Assembly: GCA_012799635.1 (NCBI GenBank)
Contig: JAAZKW010000034.1
Span: forward strand, 9,930 to 73,929
DNA length: 64,000 nt
Reading direction: 5' to 3'
DNA from: Mollicutes bacterium
Lineage (GTDB): Bacteria > Bacillota_I > Bacilli_A > RF39 > UBA660
The translations under genes and the position numbers were made by a program. A model generated the notes under the pieces. It saw only the letters and a list, made by a program, of their open reading frames with translations, ran no database searches and was not told the DNA's origin. Below are positions 42,901 to 52,261 of the stretch, one piece after another (the first letter of the stretch is position 1; each line of letters begins with the position of its first letter).

Positions 42901-42987
42901 TTTACCTGAACCTGCACCTGCTGAAACAATAATATTCTTACCAGTTTTATTTATTGCTAATTTTTGAGCCTCTGTCCACTTAGTCAT
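39931..42987 (-). CDS. addA: ATP-dependent helicase/nuclease subunit A
   Basis: AGAGSGKT, TFTNAAA.EM, DEYQD, VGDIKQSIYGFR, IHKSKGLEYP, YVALTRA, C-terminal GIIDL..IIDYK nuclease. Confidence 0.93.
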   Translation of the reverse strand: MTKWTEAQKLAINKTGKNIIVSAGAGSGKTAVLTQRVITHLKNNIKINKLLILTFTNAAAGEMRNRIRKKISKDLSLKDNLYLLDTADITTFDAYCLHLVKKYHFLLNIDKNLKIIDEGLITLVKDKILDEVFDNFYEKEDLLFLDLIENFSVKDDKQIKEAIKKIIKKIDLVSDKEHLYNDLTVTFFNQDYILSYIKEYEDILINKISSINDLIMLLEGSGYDTFYNEMVKAYTPLLNSKTYDEIKLNIEIPTVRRPKGSEDIKDIKDSITLLEKEIKSYLRYENTEEILTSFSLAKNNAISIVNIIKIYYEKLNQYKFDNDLYEFIDIEILIIKLLKENDQIRKEVKNSYYEIMIDEYQDTSDLQEEFINLIENNNVYMVGDIKQSIYGFRNANPLIFKDKYDKYAKDDIGIKIDLLHNFRSRPEVIEGINTIFSLVMDDNIGGANYKKDHQMLYGLKDYDENYYTNSDLEILNYNDDKDDFTKEEKEAFIIGQDILSKLKKGYEVYDPEAKKLRKATFSDFCIIMDRGTSFNTYYKIFEYLKIPLYIYQDEKIISKDDIIVIKNLVGLYLKVKNYEFDYDFKFYFTSIARSFLINMPDEDIYNYFKNKTFKDSTLYQKLKNLPIIEDSYVLINTLLKEFNFYEKLITLGDIKNCLIRVDNILSLSKEFNKIGFNVYDICDYLNELIESKYEITVKGALNNINSVLLMNIHKSKGLEYPICYYSGYHKTFNIEDIKDRFLYDKKYGLITPYYNEKLGNLITKELNKHNFYLDDISERIRLFYVALTRAREKIIIVTSLNDDCKLTLSDKNKYSSFLDIIESIKNYLSKYIIKINLDDYNLTKDYLDNKKSSKELKKDTKLIINKKIDVKNNIIDNKKISKEIVSFIDKELYDNLEYGTYIHKVFERSNFFNISKEDKHYNLINNFVKTLNITKDDLLYKEHEFIYEEDGNKYHGIIDLIIESDNEIKIIDYKLNNIIDESYKKQLKIYEKYLKSIKNKPCKLYLYSILLNKLEIIE

Positions 42988-45301
42988 TGTTATCACCTCC
43001 TAAAAAGGATAAATCTTCTTCTTGCTTAATATTTTCATAATAATAATCTTTCTTATAACATATTTCTTTATATGGACAATAAGGACACGATACATCATCT
43101 TTGTTATTAACTTTTTTAGGATTTATTTGAAAATCATTATTATTTATTTTTTCTACTGCTTCATTTAAAATAGCTTCTACTAAAAAGACCATACTATCCA
43201 TTTCTTCACTAGAAAGTGTTTTAGAGTTAGAATAAAAATTACCATCATTTTTTAACTTCATTCCTCTTATTACTTTACTATTTTTAAAGCTAGAATCGAA
43301 CTTTTCAAGCAATGATATATCTTTATTTGAATAACCGTTTAATTTAAGATTAGCTTCTTTTTGTTCTATTGGGCTCTTATCACATATTTTTTCACTATGT
43401 AAAAAATGTTGTAAATAAAATCCAATTATTTTAGGATTATTAAAATAAGAATCTTTTTTTACTAAATATAAATATAAAAAAAGTTGCATACTAAGTCCAG
43501 AAGATAATAATTTATAACTTATATTTTCATTACCAGTTTTATAGTCTATAATAACTAACTCTTCTTTATCATTATATAATATTTTATCAATAAAACCATT
43601 TAATATAAAATGTTCATTATTATCTTGAAATTCTTTTTCCAAAACTCTTTTATCTAAAGTATTATACGTATTTTGTTTATCTATTATTATAAGATCAGTT
43701 TCTATTTCTTTTACGATTTTATTTATATAAAATGCTTCTTTTTTAGTTAATACAATATTATTATTGTTTAGATATTCCTCTTTTAAAAGCATTATATCTT
43801 TTTTATTTTCTAAATATTCTTTCAATATATGATGATATAACGATCCAATTAAGGCACCAAAAGTTATTTTATAATTATCTAAATATAATACTTTAGATAG
43901 AAAATATTTAAATTTACATTCAAAATATTTATTTATTGAAGAATAAGATAATTTTATTTTTTTATCAAATATTTTTTGTTTAATCTTTTTATAAGAAGAA
44001 TCATAAGTAAAATAATTAATATCTTGATAAGTATTTTTATAAATAAATATATTATCATCTAAAATACCATATTTATAATAATCATCTAGTTTCATAGCAT
44101 AATTTAGTTTATCATTTAAAATACTATAACTTTCATAAAGATCATCTTCTTCATTTAATATTTCTAAATCTAAATCTTCGATTAAAGAAGAAGGATATAC
44201 TTTTTTTTCTAAATCATATTCCTTTAAAGTAATAACGATATTTTTTATGCTTTTAATAATATTAATGGTATTGCTTTTTACTATTTTATTAATTTCATTA
44301 ACACTTTTTAAATTTACCATTTTTTTAATATTGTCAGTAATATAACTATCATCTTTATAGACCTTAGGAAAACTTTCAATATTAAAGTTCATTAAAAAAA
44401 CATATTCCTCTTTAAAAGGATAATTTATTGAAACAAGTTCAACATAGTTTTCTAAAAGATTTTGATTAATATTAGTTTTTTTGAATTCATATATTAAAAA
44501 AGTCTTTAAATCATTCATATCTTCGATGAAAAAATACTTATTACAAATATTAACAATCTTTGTAATTATATCTTGATTTAACTTTTTAATTTTATCTAAA
44601 GCATTATCTTTTCCCTCGTAAAGATGACTTAAAAAAAGTTTTGCTTCTCTTGTTCCATATAAACATGAATTAATGTTTAAATTTATTGGTATATTATATA
44701 AATAAGCATATCTTTCTAATAAATTTTTATATTCTTCGGGGACATTAACAAGTTTTATATTATTTATATTCTCCCCATTTAAAATTAACTTTGCAATCCT
44801 TTTACATACATAATTTACCTCTTTTGCAATCGTCTTAAACATCTGAGCAAAAACTGGTTTATAATTAGTATCATTTTTAATTTGAATTGCATTTAATGAT
44901 TTAAAAACCTTTTCCTCATCATTTTCTAAATATATATAAGGCGCCAAGTAAATAGTTTTATCTTGCAAAAAAGTTTTAAAACGATCATCATAAATAAGAA
45001 GTTTTTCTTTATCTAATTCTTCTTTTAACTTAACTAAAAAATCTAGTTTTTCATTATTATAGTTTTTATTTTGAACAAATCTTAAATTATCTAAATACAT
45101 TTTAATAATGCTTATTTTAAATTGATATTTTCTATAAATATAATAAAGGGTCTTTTCATTATATGAAAAAAAATAAGCTTCTAAAAACTCTTTTTTAGTC
45201 ATAAAATTAACATTTAAAAGAACTTTATTTTCATTAAATTCTTTTAAAAGTTTATTTTTATAATCATTTTCACATATAATGATAGCATTTTCTTTAAACA
45301 T
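42980..45301 (-). CDS. addB: AddB-like PD-(D/E)xK nuclease subunit (shortened)
   Basis: LSYSSI..YFECKFKYF, GFIDKI, IIDYKTG, CPYCPYKEIC Fe-S ligands; adjacent to addA. Confidence 0.87.
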   Translation of the reverse strand: MFKENAIIICENDYKNKLLKEFNENKVLLNVNFMTKKEFLEAYFFSYNEKTLYYIYRKYQFKISIIKMYLDNLRFVQNKNYNNEKLDFLVKLKEELDKEKLLIYDDRFKTFLQDKTIYLAPYIYLENDEEKVFKSLNAIQIKNDTNYKPVFAQMFKTIAKEVNYVCKRIAKLILNGENINNIKLVNVPEEYKNLLERYAYLYNIPINLNINSCLYGTREAKLFLSHLYEGKDNALDKIKKLNQDIITKIVNICNKYFFIEDMNDLKTFLIYEFKKTNINQNLLENYVELVSINYPFKEEYVFLMNFNIESFPKVYKDDSYITDNIKKMVNLKSVNEINKIVKSNTINIIKSIKNIVITLKEYDLEKKVYPSSLIEDLDLEILNEEDDLYESYSILNDKLNYAMKLDDYYKYGILDDNIFIYKNTYQDINYFTYDSSYKKIKQKIFDKKIKLSYSSINKYFECKFKYFLSKVLYLDNYKITFGALIGSLYHHILKEYLENKKDIMLLKEEYLNNNNIVLTKKEAFYINKIVKEIETDLIIIDKQNTYNTLDKRVLEKEFQDNNEHFILNGFIDKILYNDKEELVIIDYKTGNENISYKLLSSGLSMQLFLYLYLVKKDSYFNNPKIIGFYLQHFLHSEKICDKSPIEQKEANLKLNGYSNKDISLLEKFDSSFKNSKVIRGMKLKNDGNFYSNSKTLSSEEMDSMVFLVEAILNEAVEKINNNDFQINPKKVNNKDDVSCPYCPYKEICYKKDYYYENIKQEEDLSFLGGDNND

Positions 45302-45304
45302 AAT

Positions 45305-46279
45305 TTATCCTTTATAATAGTCTTCTAGTATTTGAAATATTTCATCTTTACTTTTTGCCTTACATATTAAGTTTTTAACAATTGCATTATTTGGTATGCC
45401 TTTTAGATAATGTAGAAAATGGGTTCGAATTTCAAGAATAGCTATTTTTTCACCTTTTTCTTTTACTAATTTTTCCAAATGATACCTCATCATCTTTATT
45501 TTATCATGAAAACTGATCTCTTTTGGGATAATTTTAGCTTTTAAATATTCATTAATTTCTTTTATAAGCCAAGGATTACCAAGCAGCCCTCTTCCAATCA
45601 TAACAGCATTACACCCTGTTGTTAAAAGCATCTTTTCGGCATCTTTATAAGTTCTAATATCACCATTACCAATCACTGGAATATTAACACTTGCAACCAA
45701 TTTTTTTATAGCTGTTAAATCTGCTTTACCACTATACCCTTGGGATCTTGTTCTAGCATGAAGAAAAATAGCTGATGCTCCTGCTTTTTCACATATTTTA
45801 CCAACCTTGATATAATTAATATTTTTTTCATCCCATCCCAAACGTATTTTAACTGTAACAGGACATGGCACAGCTTTTACTACTGCTGAGACAATTTCTT
45901 TTATTTTCTTTTGATCTTTTAATAAAGCACTACCCGCTTGCGATTTAATTGCTACTTTAGGAACAGGACAACCCATATTAATATCAATAATATCTGGATG
46001 CATATATTCATATACTTTTTTAGCAGCCATAACAAAACTTTCTTTATCAGAACCAAATATTTGCTGAGAAATAGGTCTTTCTTTTTCATCCATATCAAGA
46101 AGTTTATATGTTTTTTCATTATCAAATAAAATAGCTTTATTAGATACCATTTCACCCACTACTAGAGCTGCACCAAAACTTTTACAAATTAGTCTAAATG
46201 TTTTGTTAGAAATACCAGCCATAGGGGCTACAACTACTTGCCCTTTTATTTTTACATTACCTATATACCATTCTTTCAT
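45305..46279 (-). CDS. dusB: tRNA-dihydrouridine synthase B
   Basis: APMAG, DINMGCPVPKV, TVKIRLGW, HARTR, NGDI, MIGRG. Confidence 0.95.
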   Translation of the reverse strand: MKEWYIGNVKIKGQVVVAPMAGISNKTFRLICKSFGAALVVGEMVSNKAILFDNEKTYKLLDMDEKERPISQQIFGSDKESFVMAAKKVYEYMHPDIIDINMGCPVPKVAIKSQAGSALLKDQKKIKEIVSAVVKAVPCPVTVKIRLGWDEKNINYIKVGKICEKAGASAIFLHARTRSQGYSGKADLTAIKKLVASVNIPVIGNGDIRTYKDAEKMLLTTGCNAVMIGRGLLGNPWLIKEINEYLKAKIIPKEISFHDKIKMMRYHLEKLVKEKGEKIAILEIRTHFLHYLKGIPNNAIVKNLICKAKSKDEIFQILEDYYKG

Positions 46280-46289
46280 AAGAAGCTCC

Positions 46290-46949
46290 TTATATATATT
46301 TACTTGCTTCACGTATACTTAATTTAGCCATTTTATTTTTATATTTATTAATAAATTTTTTTACCCATATTGGATTTGTAAAAGAATACTCTCTAAGACT
46401 CCACCCAATAGCCTTATTAATAAAGAACTCCGTACTACCTAAATTATTTACTAATATTTCTTCGAGTAATTTAGTATTAGTTTTTTCCTTTTGATATAAC
46501 TGATGAATAATTGCTATTCTACGTATCCAAAAATCTTCATCTGTTGACCACTCAATCATAACATATGACATTTTATTATCAATTAAAGCTATATATGCAA
46601 CAATTTTATTAAAACTATCTATAGTATCCCACCATGGTTTAGTTTTAATATATCGCTTTATTTTAGGTAAATCATTAATACTTAAATATTTTTTTAAAGC
46701 AAATAAATAATCTATTACAAAATATTGAAATTCTCTATGTTCATCATTATAACAATAATCAAGAAACTTCCAATCAATTTTCTTATTTGCTTTTTCTTGA
46801 TTTAAGATAGTTTTATAAGCTTTCCTCCTAAGTGGTGTTGGTAAACCATAAAATAAAAATTTATTTCTCATATATTTTGACATTTCAAAAGCATTATTTT
46901 CATCTTGATTTTCTTCGAATAGTTTTTTTAATATGATATATTTATCCAT
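46290..46949 (-). CDS. alkD: AlkD-family DNA alkylation repair glycosylase
   Basis: M..YMRN.F.F.G, REFQY, WWDTID, W.RR, EFFINKAIGWSLREY, LS.REA.KY. Confidence 0.88.
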   Translation of the reverse strand: MDKYIILKKLFEENQDENNAFEMSKYMRNKFLFYGLPTPLRRKAYKTILNQEKANKKIDWKFLDYCYNDEHREFQYFVIDYLFALKKYLSINDLPKIKRYIKTKPWWDTIDSFNKIVAYIALIDNKMSYVMIEWSTDEDFWIRRIAIIHQLYQKEKTNTKLLEEILVNNLGSTEFFINKAIGWSLREYSFTNPIWVKKFINKYKNKMAKLSIREASKYI

Positions 46950-46963
46950 CTTAAATACTCTCA

Positions 46964-47275
46964 CTATTCTAAATAACTAATTTTCTTTTTTCTTTTTCTT
47001 GCATACTCTATTTCTGACCGGGTGCTTTCGCCAATATAACCACCAACATTTATAACAAATATTTCATCTGACATATCTATTCTTCTTTTATGCATATCAT
47101 CTAGCATTTCTTTTGTTGCCCCCATGTTCTCCCAAACTTCATTATCTCCAGAATGACCAAAAAGTCCTACTGACATTACAATATTACCCTTTAATGTTAA
47201 TTCTTTTTGTGCTTTTATAAATGCGTCCTTAAACCTTGTTGAACCACAAAGGGTAATTATATTATATCTTGTCAT
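46964..47275 (-). CDS. Small nucleoside deoxyribosyltransferase-like fold protein
   Basis: ITLCGS.RF, IDMSDEIFV, GYIGESTRSEIEYA resembles the NDT-family G.ST..E..YA motif. Confidence 0.6.
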   Translation of the reverse strand: MTRYNIITLCGSTRFKDAFIKAQKELTLKGNIVMSVGLFGHSGDNEVWENMGATKEMLDDMHKRRIDMSDEIFVINVGGYIGESTRSEIEYARKRKKKISYLE

Positions 47276-47289
47276 CTTACCTAACCTCC

Positions 47290-47844
47290 TTAAAAATGCA
47301 ATTCAAATTCATCTCCTTGATTAATAGAAAAAGCAGCAGCTTCATCAGTATCAATATGAGCAGCAAAAACACCCTTTTCAGATAACTTAAAATAAGCATC
47401 CATTACTCCAGATCTTTCATTATCAATTATTATCTTTGCTTTTTGACCGTTTGTTATATTTAATTTTTTAGCATCTTCATAACTCATATGAATATGTCTT
47501 TGGGCTATAATACAAATATTATTTGTATATTCATTTTTTGCTGTTTTAATAGTAATTTTAGTTGCACCATCTAAATTACCACTAGCTCTTACTGGAGGAT
47601 TAATTCCTAGTTTTATAGCATCTTTTTTAGAAATTTCAACTTGACTATAATTTCGTATTGGGCCAAGTACTCTAACATTTTCTATAATGTTATTTTCGGT
47701 TACTATAGATACAAATTTATCACTTACAAACTCTCCAGTTTGACTTAAATCTCTTACTTTGTTCATCGTTTCATCAAATAAAAAATCATAAACTTCTTTA
47801 CTTAAATGAACGTGTCTATTACTTACTTCTACCATTACTTTCAT
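47290..47844 (-). CDS. pduL: PduL-type phosphate acyltransferase
   Basis: VSNRHVHLS, VRVLGP.R..QVE.S..DA, P.R.SG, AQRHIHM, HIDTDEA. Confidence 0.93.
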   Translation of the reverse strand: MKVMVEVSNRHVHLSKEVYDFLFDETMNKVRDLSQTGEFVSDKFVSIVTENNIIENVRVLGPIRNYSQVEISKKDAIKLGINPPVRASGNLDGATKITIKTAKNEYTNNICIIAQRHIHMSYEDAKKLNITNGQKAKIIIDNERSGVMDAYFKLSEKGVFAAHIDTDEAAAFSINQGDEFELHF

Positions 47845-47861
47845 CTTAATATCCTTCTTTC

Positions 47862-48647
47862 CTATATATTACCACTTATTTTATCTTTTAAAACCCCAAT
47901 AAACTCTCTTAAAAGATTATGAGGAAGATAAAACAGGCTGGATCTTGCACCTATACCATAAACATTTGTAAGCCCCAATTTTTTAGCGATTTTTAATGAT
48001 CTATAAAGATGAAATTTATTAGTAACAATTCCGATTTTTAGATCTTTATCTCCTAAAAGGGCAATACTATTTTTAATATTTTGGACAGTATCTTTTGCTT
48101 TGTTTTCAATTATCATTCGATTTTTATCAATTTTGTTTTTAGTCATATATAACATCATACCATGACTTTCTTCAAAAGGTTCCTTTAAATTTTGACCACC
48201 AGATACAATACATTTAGTATTTTTATTTTGATTTAAATATTCAATTGCTTTATCAAGGCGGCACTTCAAAATAACACTAGGACCATCTTTTCTTATTTGA
48301 GCTCCAAGAACAATTATATAATCTAAGTTTTTTTCATATTGATTATTAAAATGACTAATTATGATTATTTCTATTAATAAAAAAATAATTAGTAAAACTA
48401 AACTGAAAAGAAAGATAATATTAAAACATATAAGAGGAATTTTACTAAAAATATTATAATAAATTAATATTCCAAGAAGAATAAATCCAAAACTTATCAA
48501 AAACCAAATTAACTGAAATTTAGTGCTCGATTCTTTGCTATAAATAAAAATGCCATAAACAAAAGATATAATACCAAGGGTTATCAAAATACTGGTTATT
48601 ACAACTTTATTAACTACTAAAAAATTTAATAAATTTATAAAAAACAT
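47862..48647 (-). CDS. YdcF/DUF218 family membrane protein
   Basis: IIVLGA, L..RLD.A, IVSGG, E.....T.QN, VTN.FH..R, RE. Confidence 0.9.
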   Translation of the reverse strand: MFFINLLNFLVVNKVVITSILITLGIISFVYGIFIYSKESSTKFQLIWFLISFGFILLGILIYYNIFSKIPLICFNIIFLFSLVLLIIFLLIEIIIISHFNNQYEKNLDYIIVLGAQIRKDGPSVILKCRLDKAIEYLNQNKNTKCIVSGGQNLKEPFEESHGMMLYMTKNKIDKNRMIIENKAKDTVQNIKNSIALLGDKDLKIGIVTNKFHLYRSLKIAKKLGLTNVYGIGARSSLFYLPHNLLREFIGVLKDKISGNI

Positions 48648-48649
48648 AT

Positions 48650-49264
48650 TTATACCTCAATTTGACTAATATCGACGATTTTTTTATTAATAACCTTTAA
48701 TTCTATAATATTAACATTTCTTTCGATATCATCATAAATAACTTTATCATTATATTCAATTATTAAATTATCATCTAAATTATAACCACACTTACCATAT
48801 TTTGTTAAAAGAGCCATTATAACCCTTTTATGAGTAAAGATAACTACCTTACCTAACATATTATTAATGATTTTATTTAAAACTTTATCCACTCTATTTA
48901 ATACATCATTTACTGATTCACCACCAGTTAATTTAATATCAAAATTATGAGTCTGAACAAATCGTACCATTTTAATACTACGAGTTCCAAGCTCTCCGAT
49001 AACATAATCATCTAGTTTGTCATTGATAATAATTTTTTTGTTTAATCTATCGGCAAGATATTTAGCACTTCCTACAGAAGAAGAATACATTGATGAATAT
49101 ATATTAATTGTTTTATTAAAAATATCTAGTGAAGATATTTGTTTAGCTAGTTCTTCGCCTGCAATCGAAAGAGGTCTTGAAATTCTTTTTTTCTCAATAT
49201 CTCCTCTTTCATAATAAGAAATATTGTTTTCATATAAATTGTTACTTACTAAATATACTTCCAT
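48650..49264 (-). CDS. Histidine-phosphatase-fold protein, degenerate
   Basis: RPLS..GEE.A, IYSS, GGES..DV..R, VIFTH; RHG motif replaced by SNN. Confidence 0.7.
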   Translation of the reverse strand: MEVYLVSNNLYENNISYYERGDIEKKRISRPLSIAGEELAKQISSLDIFNKTINIYSSMYSSSVGSAKYLADRLNKKIIINDKLDDYVIGELGTRSIKMVRFVQTHNFDIKLTGGESVNDVLNRVDKVLNKIINNMLGKVVIFTHKRVIMALLTKYGKCGYNLDDNLIIEYNDKVIYDDIERNVNIIELKVINKKIVDISQIEV

Positions 49265-49265
49265 A

Positions 49266-50108
49266 TTATTTTTCTCTTATTACTTTATAGGCAAGAAAAA
49301 AGCCACCAATGAAAAGTAAAATACCTATAAACAATTCTATCTTACTTGCACTTAAACCATATATTTCTAATAATACATTTATTACTGAAGCAATAACAAA
49401 GCCAGTAATGGCAAAATGAGTTTTAACACTATGCTTTTTCATCATATGTTCCATTACTTTAGAAGTAATAATAATACCTAGGATTGCTCCCGCACCAAAT
49501 ATTAAAATAATGGGAATATTAATCGCTAAACTTTTAAATTTTAATATTTCATAAACGACTCTAATAATGCCATCATAACAACCAAGAACAACAAGAACAA
49601 CACTTCCTGATACTCCAGGAATAATCATAGCTCCGGCACCAATTGCTCCCGCACTAAACAAAAATAAAGAACCCATTCCATTAATAGAAAGATCCGCTTT
49701 ACCTCCACTAATAAAGGATATACCTACAAGAATTAGTGCTCCTATTAATAAAAAAAGGAAGTTAGATGTTTTATATTCTTTTTTAGTTTCCTTCCATATA
49801 ATTGGAATTCCCCCGACTATTACACCTAAAAAGGATAAAAGAGTAGCAACGGGATATTTATCATAAGTATAGTGAATTGCCACAACACTAAATGCACACG
49901 ACAATATGATACCAATCACAAAGATAATAATCTCGCGCCAATTCTCTTTAATCTTTTTCTTAAAGTTATTAATAATATCAAGTATCCAATCATACATACC
50001 TAAAACAAAAGCTAAGTATGAACCACTGATTGGAAAAATAATACCCATACCAATTAAAAAGCTCTTAATAAAAATAGTTAAGTAATTATTATTTTTTTTC
50101 TTCTTCAT
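49266..50108 (-). CDS. DUF368 family membrane protein (undecaprenyl-phosphate recycling family)
   Basis: P.SGS..A..LG.YD and AMIIPGVSGS...LG.YD internal repeat, multiple TMs. Confidence 0.88.
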   Translation of the reverse strand: MKKKKNNNYLTIFIKSFLIGMGIIFPISGSYLAFVLGMYDWILDIINNFKKKIKENWREIIIFVIGIILSCAFSVVAIHYTYDKYPVATLLSFLGVIVGGIPIIWKETKKEYKTSNFLFLLIGALILVGISFISGGKADLSINGMGSLFLFSAGAIGAGAMIIPGVSGSVVLVVLGCYDGIIRVVYEILKFKSLAINIPIILIFGAGAILGIIITSKVMEHMMKKHSVKTHFAITGFVIASVINVLLEIYGLSASKIELFIGILLFIGGFFLAYKVIREK

Positions 50109-51174
50109 AAGTTATCTCCTTTACATCTAGTTCGACTTTATTAATTTGATCAAATCTTTTTACTATTTTATCTGATGTAATATTAATTTCATCAACGGAA
50201 GTATTTACAGCTTTTATATTTCTAGAAAGTTTATCCCAACGATCTTTATACCTTGTAAATTCAACCCCTAATTTAGTTAATTCATTATGAATAACTTTTG
50301 CATATTTATCTCTTTCAATATTTTTAATAATCATTGAAATAGTAGATAAAGTTGCAATTAATGTAGTTGGACTTGTAATCCATACATTATTACTATAAGC
50401 ATAAGCAACTAAGTCTTCATGGTAGGCATTAATTTCGGCGAATATTGCTTCTGCTGGCAAAAACATTATTGCTTCATTTGTTGTTACTCCGGGAATGATA
50501 TATTTATTTTTAATATCATCAATATGTTTTTTAACATCTGTAACGAACATTTTTTCTGCAGCTGCTCTTTCTTCTTTAGAAGCTGATTTATCAGTCATTT
50601 TTTGATAATTTTCTAAAGGAAACTTACTATCTATGGCAATTGTTCCCAAAGGAGCTGGAGCATATAATATTGCATCCACAATATAACCGTTTTCTAATTT
50701 TTTTTGAATTTCATATATCCCATTTTTACTACTTCCAAAAGCATTATTTAAAATATATTCAAGATTCACTTCACCAAAAATACCCCTAGTCTTTTTATCA
50801 GTTAAAACGCTTTGTAAAGAAACTATATCCGTCGATAAAGAATCAATCTTCTTTTGAGCTTCATCAATCTTTTTAAGTCTTTCAATAACATCTAAAAAGG
50901 TTTTATTACTTTTTTCAAAGTTCTTATCCAATCTTTCATTAACAAAATCATTTATATAAGTAAGTTTTCTTTCAATATTATAAGTTAATTTTTCAAAATC
51001 ATTATTAATATTCTTATTAATATCAAATTTAAAATCTCCTAAATCCTTAGTGGTATCTTTTTGAAGTTGACTTATTCGGTCAATCATATCATTATTATTG
51101 TTCTTTTTAAAAAGTAAGATTATAAGAATAATAAGATTGATAACTATAAGTCCAATAATAATATAATTAATCAT
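50089..51174 (-). CDS. rmuC: DNA recombination protein RmuC
   Basis: KTRG.FGE..LE, IDSKFPLENY, AIMFLPAEAIF.EI, SPTTL. Confidence 0.93.
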   Translation of the reverse strand: MINYIIIGLIVINLIILIILLFKKNNNNDMIDRISQLQKDTTKDLGDFKFDINKNINNDFEKLTYNIERKLTYINDFVNERLDKNFEKSNKTFLDVIERLKKIDEAQKKIDSLSTDIVSLQSVLTDKKTRGIFGEVNLEYILNNAFGSSKNGIYEIQKKLENGYIVDAILYAPAPLGTIAIDSKFPLENYQKMTDKSASKEERAAAEKMFVTDVKKHIDDIKNKYIIPGVTTNEAIMFLPAEAIFAEINAYHEDLVAYAYSNNVWITSPTTLIATLSTISMIIKNIERDKYAKVIHNELTKLGVEFTRYKDRWDKLSRNIKAVNTSVDEINITSDKIVKRFDQINKVELDVKEITYEEEKK

Positions 51175-51175
51175 T

Positions 51176-51601
51176 TTATCTTTTCCTTTTCTTTGCCCCT
51201 TTATTATTACAACGCCTTATTAATTTATTTAGAAAATCATTCATATTTTCTGGGCTTATATAAATTAGTTTTTCTTTTAGCTTAATACCAATTCTTTTTA
51301 CACTTGTAGCAAAGCTAAATTTATAATTATCAGTTATAAAACATTTTTCAATATCTTTAAACTCAAGTTTTTTACTAAAAGGGCCTATTTTGATAATAAT
51401 ATAATCTTTTTCAAAAATATAATATCTATTAAAATATAAAATATATAAGAAAATTAATATTAACATTAGAAATAAAGCTACTATTACATAAACCATATTA
51501 ACATGAAAGAAAAAGATAATTCCTAGTAATAAAAAGCAGATAATAAAATATAAATTACCTATAACATAATAAAAAGTATCCATTCGATTTTTTATTTTCA
51601 T
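51176..51601 (-). CDS. Two-TM bacterial PH-domain protein
   Basis: Two TMs then Y......IK.GPF...I, S..RI.I, YISPEN...F. Confidence 0.75.
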   Translation of the reverse strand: MKIKNRMDTFYYVIGNLYFIICFLLLGIIFFFHVNMVYVIVALFLMLILIFLYILYFNRYYIFEKDYIIIKIGPFSKKLEFKDIEKCFITDNYKFSFATSVKRIGIKLKEKLIYISPENMNDFLNKLIRRCNNKGAKKRKR

Positions 51602-51660
51602 TTTTACCTCTTATAACATTGTAACAAAACTTTAATAAAAAGTCTTTAGTAATTATTTGT

Positions 51661-52149
51661 TTATGAACCACCACTAGCCCCTGAAGCTTCTTCTTCACTA
51701 CCTGTTGTTTCAGCTTTTTTTGCTTCAGCAATATATTCGTGACACCTTTTAGGATTAGTTAGACAATTAGTACAACGAGTAAAATCATTTTTAACATCTA
51801 CATAATCATTTATCATATTACCAAAGCCATTAATAATATCAGGAACAAAAAGAACCAAAAAGCCTATAATTAAACGTTGAATAAATTCAACAACAGCAGG
51901 TTTTATAGCATCATCACTACTTGTTATAGCTACAATTATACCCTTAATACCCTTGAAGATAATAATTATTGGAACCATGATTTTTAAAACAAGCAAGGTA
52001 TAAGATAATACTTTTAGGGATTCTAATACTGACTTTTGTTGACAAATTGTTTTTGATGTTACATCAGTCAAACATTTAACGTCAATACTAGTTATATGTA
52101 TAATAAAAATTATTAATAATGAATAAATAATGAACTTTCTTTTCTTCAT
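51661..52149 (-). CDS. VirB2/TrbC-pilin-like two-helix membrane protein with CxxCLxxPxxC motif
   Basis: Signal-like N-terminus, LKIMVPIIII..G hairpin, RLIIGFLVLFVP, CTNCLTNPKRC; pilin assignment is inference. Confidence 0.6.
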   Translation of the reverse strand: MKKRKFIIYSLLIIFIIHITSIDVKCLTDVTSKTICQQKSVLESLKVLSYTLLVLKIMVPIIIIFKGIKGIIVAITSSDDAIKPAVVEFIQRLIIGFLVLFVPDIINGFGNMINDYVDVKNDFTRCTNCLTNPKRCHEYIAEAKKAETTGSEEEASGASGGS

Positions 52150-52261
52150 AAAATACTACCTCACATTAATTATAACTATTTATCATCCTTAATACAAGTT
52201 TTTTAAATCATCCTTACAAAAAATTCTTTTTATTGTATAATGTATTATATATGGAGTTCTT

